Of a stretch of 64,000 bases of DNA, positions 61,716 through 64,000 are shown in pieces (positions within the stretch are counted from its first letter, which is position 1; every line of letters starts with the position of its first letter). The DNA lies in NCBI RefSeq assembly GCF_001194135.2, contig NC_068984.1:73603008-73667007 (forward strand). The letters run 5' to 3'. Under the pieces are notes generated by a model that was not told where the DNA came from, did not search any database, and was given only the letters and a program-made list of their open reading frames with translations. This DNA is from Octopus bimaculoides. Its lineage: Eukaryota. Both the position numbers and the translations under genes were made by a program.

Positions 61716-62695
61716 NNNNNNNNNNNNNNNNNNNNNNNNNNNNNNNNNNNNNNNNNNNNNNNNNNNNNNNNNNNNNNNNNNNNNNNNNNNNNNNNNNNNN
61801 NNNNNNNNNNNNNNNNNNNNNNNNNNNNNNNNNNNNNNNNNNNNNNNNNNNNNNNNNNNNNNNNNNNNNNNNNNNNNNNNNNNNNNNNNNNNNNNNNNNN
61901 NNNNNNNNNNNNNNNNNNNNNNNNNNNNNNNNNNNNNNNNNNNNNNNNNNNNNNNNNNNNNNNNNNNNNNNNNNNNNNNNNNNNNNNNNNNNNNNNNNNN
62001 NNNNNNNNNNNNNNNNNNNNNNNNNNNNNNNNNNNNNNNNNNNNNNNNNNNNNNNNNNNNNNNNNNNNNNNNNNNNNNNNNNNNNNNNNNNNNNNNNNNN
62101 NNNNNNNNNNNNNNNNNNNNNNNNNNNNNNNNNNNNNNNNNNNNNNNNNNNNNNNNNNNNNNNNNNNNNNNNNNNNNNNNNNNNNNNNNNNNNNNNNNNN
62201 NNNNNNNNNNNNNNNNNNNNNNNNNNNNNNNNNNNNNNNNNNNNNNNNNNNNNNNNNNNNNNNNNNNNNNNNNNNNNNNNNNNNNNNNNNNNNNNNNNNN
62301 NNNNNNNNNNNNNNNNNNNNNNNNNNNNNNNNNNNNNNNNNNNNNNNNNNNNNNNNNNNNNNNNNNNNNNNNNNNNNNNNNNNNNNNNNNNNNNNNNNNN
62401 NNNNNNNNNNNNNNNNNNNNNNNNNNNNNNNNNNNNNNNNNNNNNNNNNNNNNNNNNNNNNNNNNNNNNNNNNNNNNNNNNNNNNNNNNNNNNNNNNNNN
62501 NNNNNNNNNNNNNNNNNNNNNNNNNNNNNNNNNNNNNNNNNNNNNNNNNNNNNNNNNNNNNNNNNNNNNNNNNNNNNNNNNNNNNNNNNNNNNNNNNNNN
62601 NNNNNNNNNNNNNNNNNNNNNNNNNNNNNNNNNNNNNNNNNNNNNNNNNNNNNNNNNNNNNNNNNNNNNNNNNNNNNNNNNNNNNNNNNNNNNNN
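61716..62695. other. Largest assembly gap. Other large N-runs: 28641-28914, 33794-34060, 39953-40248, 42661-43206, 49027-49248, 60748-60945
   Basis: N characters in the sequence; any content, including exons, is invisible here. Confidence 1.
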
Positions 62696-64000
62696 AACAC
62701 ACTGCATCTTTGTTCTATCCTTTCTACTCTACTCGAGGCTATTTCGTACATTTGCAATGGCCACATTATCCTTGGGTACAGTCCAAATTGCAGTATCCAA
62801 CATTTGAATTTTCCCGGCAGTGTTGTTCTGTCAATTGCCTTTAATCCTTGTTCTACTAACTCGTGTGTCTCTTTCCCTTGCTTCTTATCATTTAATAAGT
62901 CTCTATACCATCTGCTGAGACTCTTTACTGGTTGTTCTTTCACCGTTGGTATGTCTTCACCTCCTATCCTGAATTTCACTTCTTCTTGCACTCCTTTCAC
63001 GAAAGCCACGCTTCGAGATTTTTTGGCTTTAAATTTCATTCTTGCCCATCCTATCAGTTCACCCAACCGCTCTAACGTTCCCTCTGCTGCTTCTCTACTT
63101 TCCGATAGTAGACGCTAAGGATTTTGCCTGACGTGATAATTATTCTGCCAGCCTGCCACCTTAATCTTTCATAATTCTCTATCTAATATATTTGGTAAGA
63201 TATTTAAGAAGAGTGGACTAGTCAATTAGATCGACCACACTGTAACGAAATGTAGCGAAATGCCGCTAAACATTTCGTTCAGCGTGCTAGCGATTCTGCC
63301 AGCTCGCCTCCAGTTTCTAGCACGTGAATAAATGGCCTTATATTTTTGCGTAGGAATATAGCCGAGTATATCTAGTTTGTTACATAATTTGTTCTCATCT
63401 TATCGACGCTCTGCTTCCTGACATCGTAATTTGAACACAGAACGTGAAGCAATTTCGCTAAATATTGTAATTAACATGGTCCGGCATTATAATGATTTTA
63501 TCAATTGCCGTTCACATAGTCAATTTAAAATGTTCAGGAGGAAGTAACTCAGAGAATATGTACATAATTACCTCCCTTACGTTGTTATTCCCCTTTTTTC
63601 CGTCACTTGGATTTTTTTTTTCTTTGTACTTTTTAATGCCAATAGCCATGGATATTCTTAGAAATTGGTGAGTGTCCGCAACGGTTGTAAAAACCGAAAT
63701 ACTAAGTGTCAATAAGACCATAACTGAACTTCGGTCCCACTTGAATTTGTTGACTCGTTACTTTTTTAACACATTTTAAAAATGAAATTTTTGCAGATAT
63801 GGATCTTTGAATGTATAAATCAAGATTTTGTCGTTGGTATTTTTTCTGAAACTTTTTAATTTAGAAAGAGGGGAAAATCCATACCTTTTCAATCTTTCAG
63901 TAACTTGCTCTTATCATTGTACAACAAAATTCTCCTTAATTTTGGTACAAGGCTACTAGTTTTGAGGAGTAGAAGCAAACATTGACCTCAGTAGATGGCT

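Larger units (their letters stand above)
60590..63110 (-). mobile_element. 5'-truncated HERO-type (R2 group, RLE) non-LTR retrotransposon; middle of ORF in gap
   Basis: Minus strand LERLGELIGWARMKFKAKKSRS..IPTVKEQPVKSLSRWY..LPGKFKCWILQFGLYPRIMWPLQMYEI (post-RT region typical of HERO). After the gap AVGARGF..IQEAVEKASFYIWLKR* (HERO-like C-terminus). The 3' region carries tandem repeats. Confidence 0.8.

Noticed and set aside
56201-64000. Expected next CFAP47 exon (phase 1; FF..V..AAQ.WF..FGWP-like)
   Set aside because: No matching exon found in visible sequence; it may be in a gap or beyond the window.

Overview
AT-rich, microsatellite- and SINE-dense eukaryotic genomic DNA from a gapped draft assembly. 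The repeat families point to an octopod, probably Octopus; this is an inference. The window holds 15 consecutive internal coding exons (2111 nt, about 703 aa, + strand, 1963-56200) of one large gene. All splice sites are GT-AG, phases match from exon to exon, and the joined peptide follows CFAP47 (cilia- and flagella-associated protein 47). The gene start and end lie outside the window. Introns are filled with tRNA-derived SINEs (three families plus a hybrid), 3' fragments of RTE LINEs, and decayed RTE, R4-like, Penelope-like and mariner remnants. There are also MITEs/foldbacks and two near-perfect palindromes of more than 200 bp. A 5'-truncated HERO-type (RLE) retrotransposon is nested inside a SINE at the right end. 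The most unusual signal is in the duplicated 3' region of that HERO element: two copies of an RNA motif with the full hammerhead catalytic core and well-paired stems I and III, but with the strands in a non-canonical, pseudoknotted order. An intact minimal Penelope-type hammerhead (33048-33089) and several decayed hammerhead-like motifs also occur. Nearly all ORFs in the supplied track are microsatellite, gap or repeat artefacts. Family names come from motif recognition by eye, not database searches. Repeat boundaries are approximate (about 10-30 bp) unless a TSD is given.
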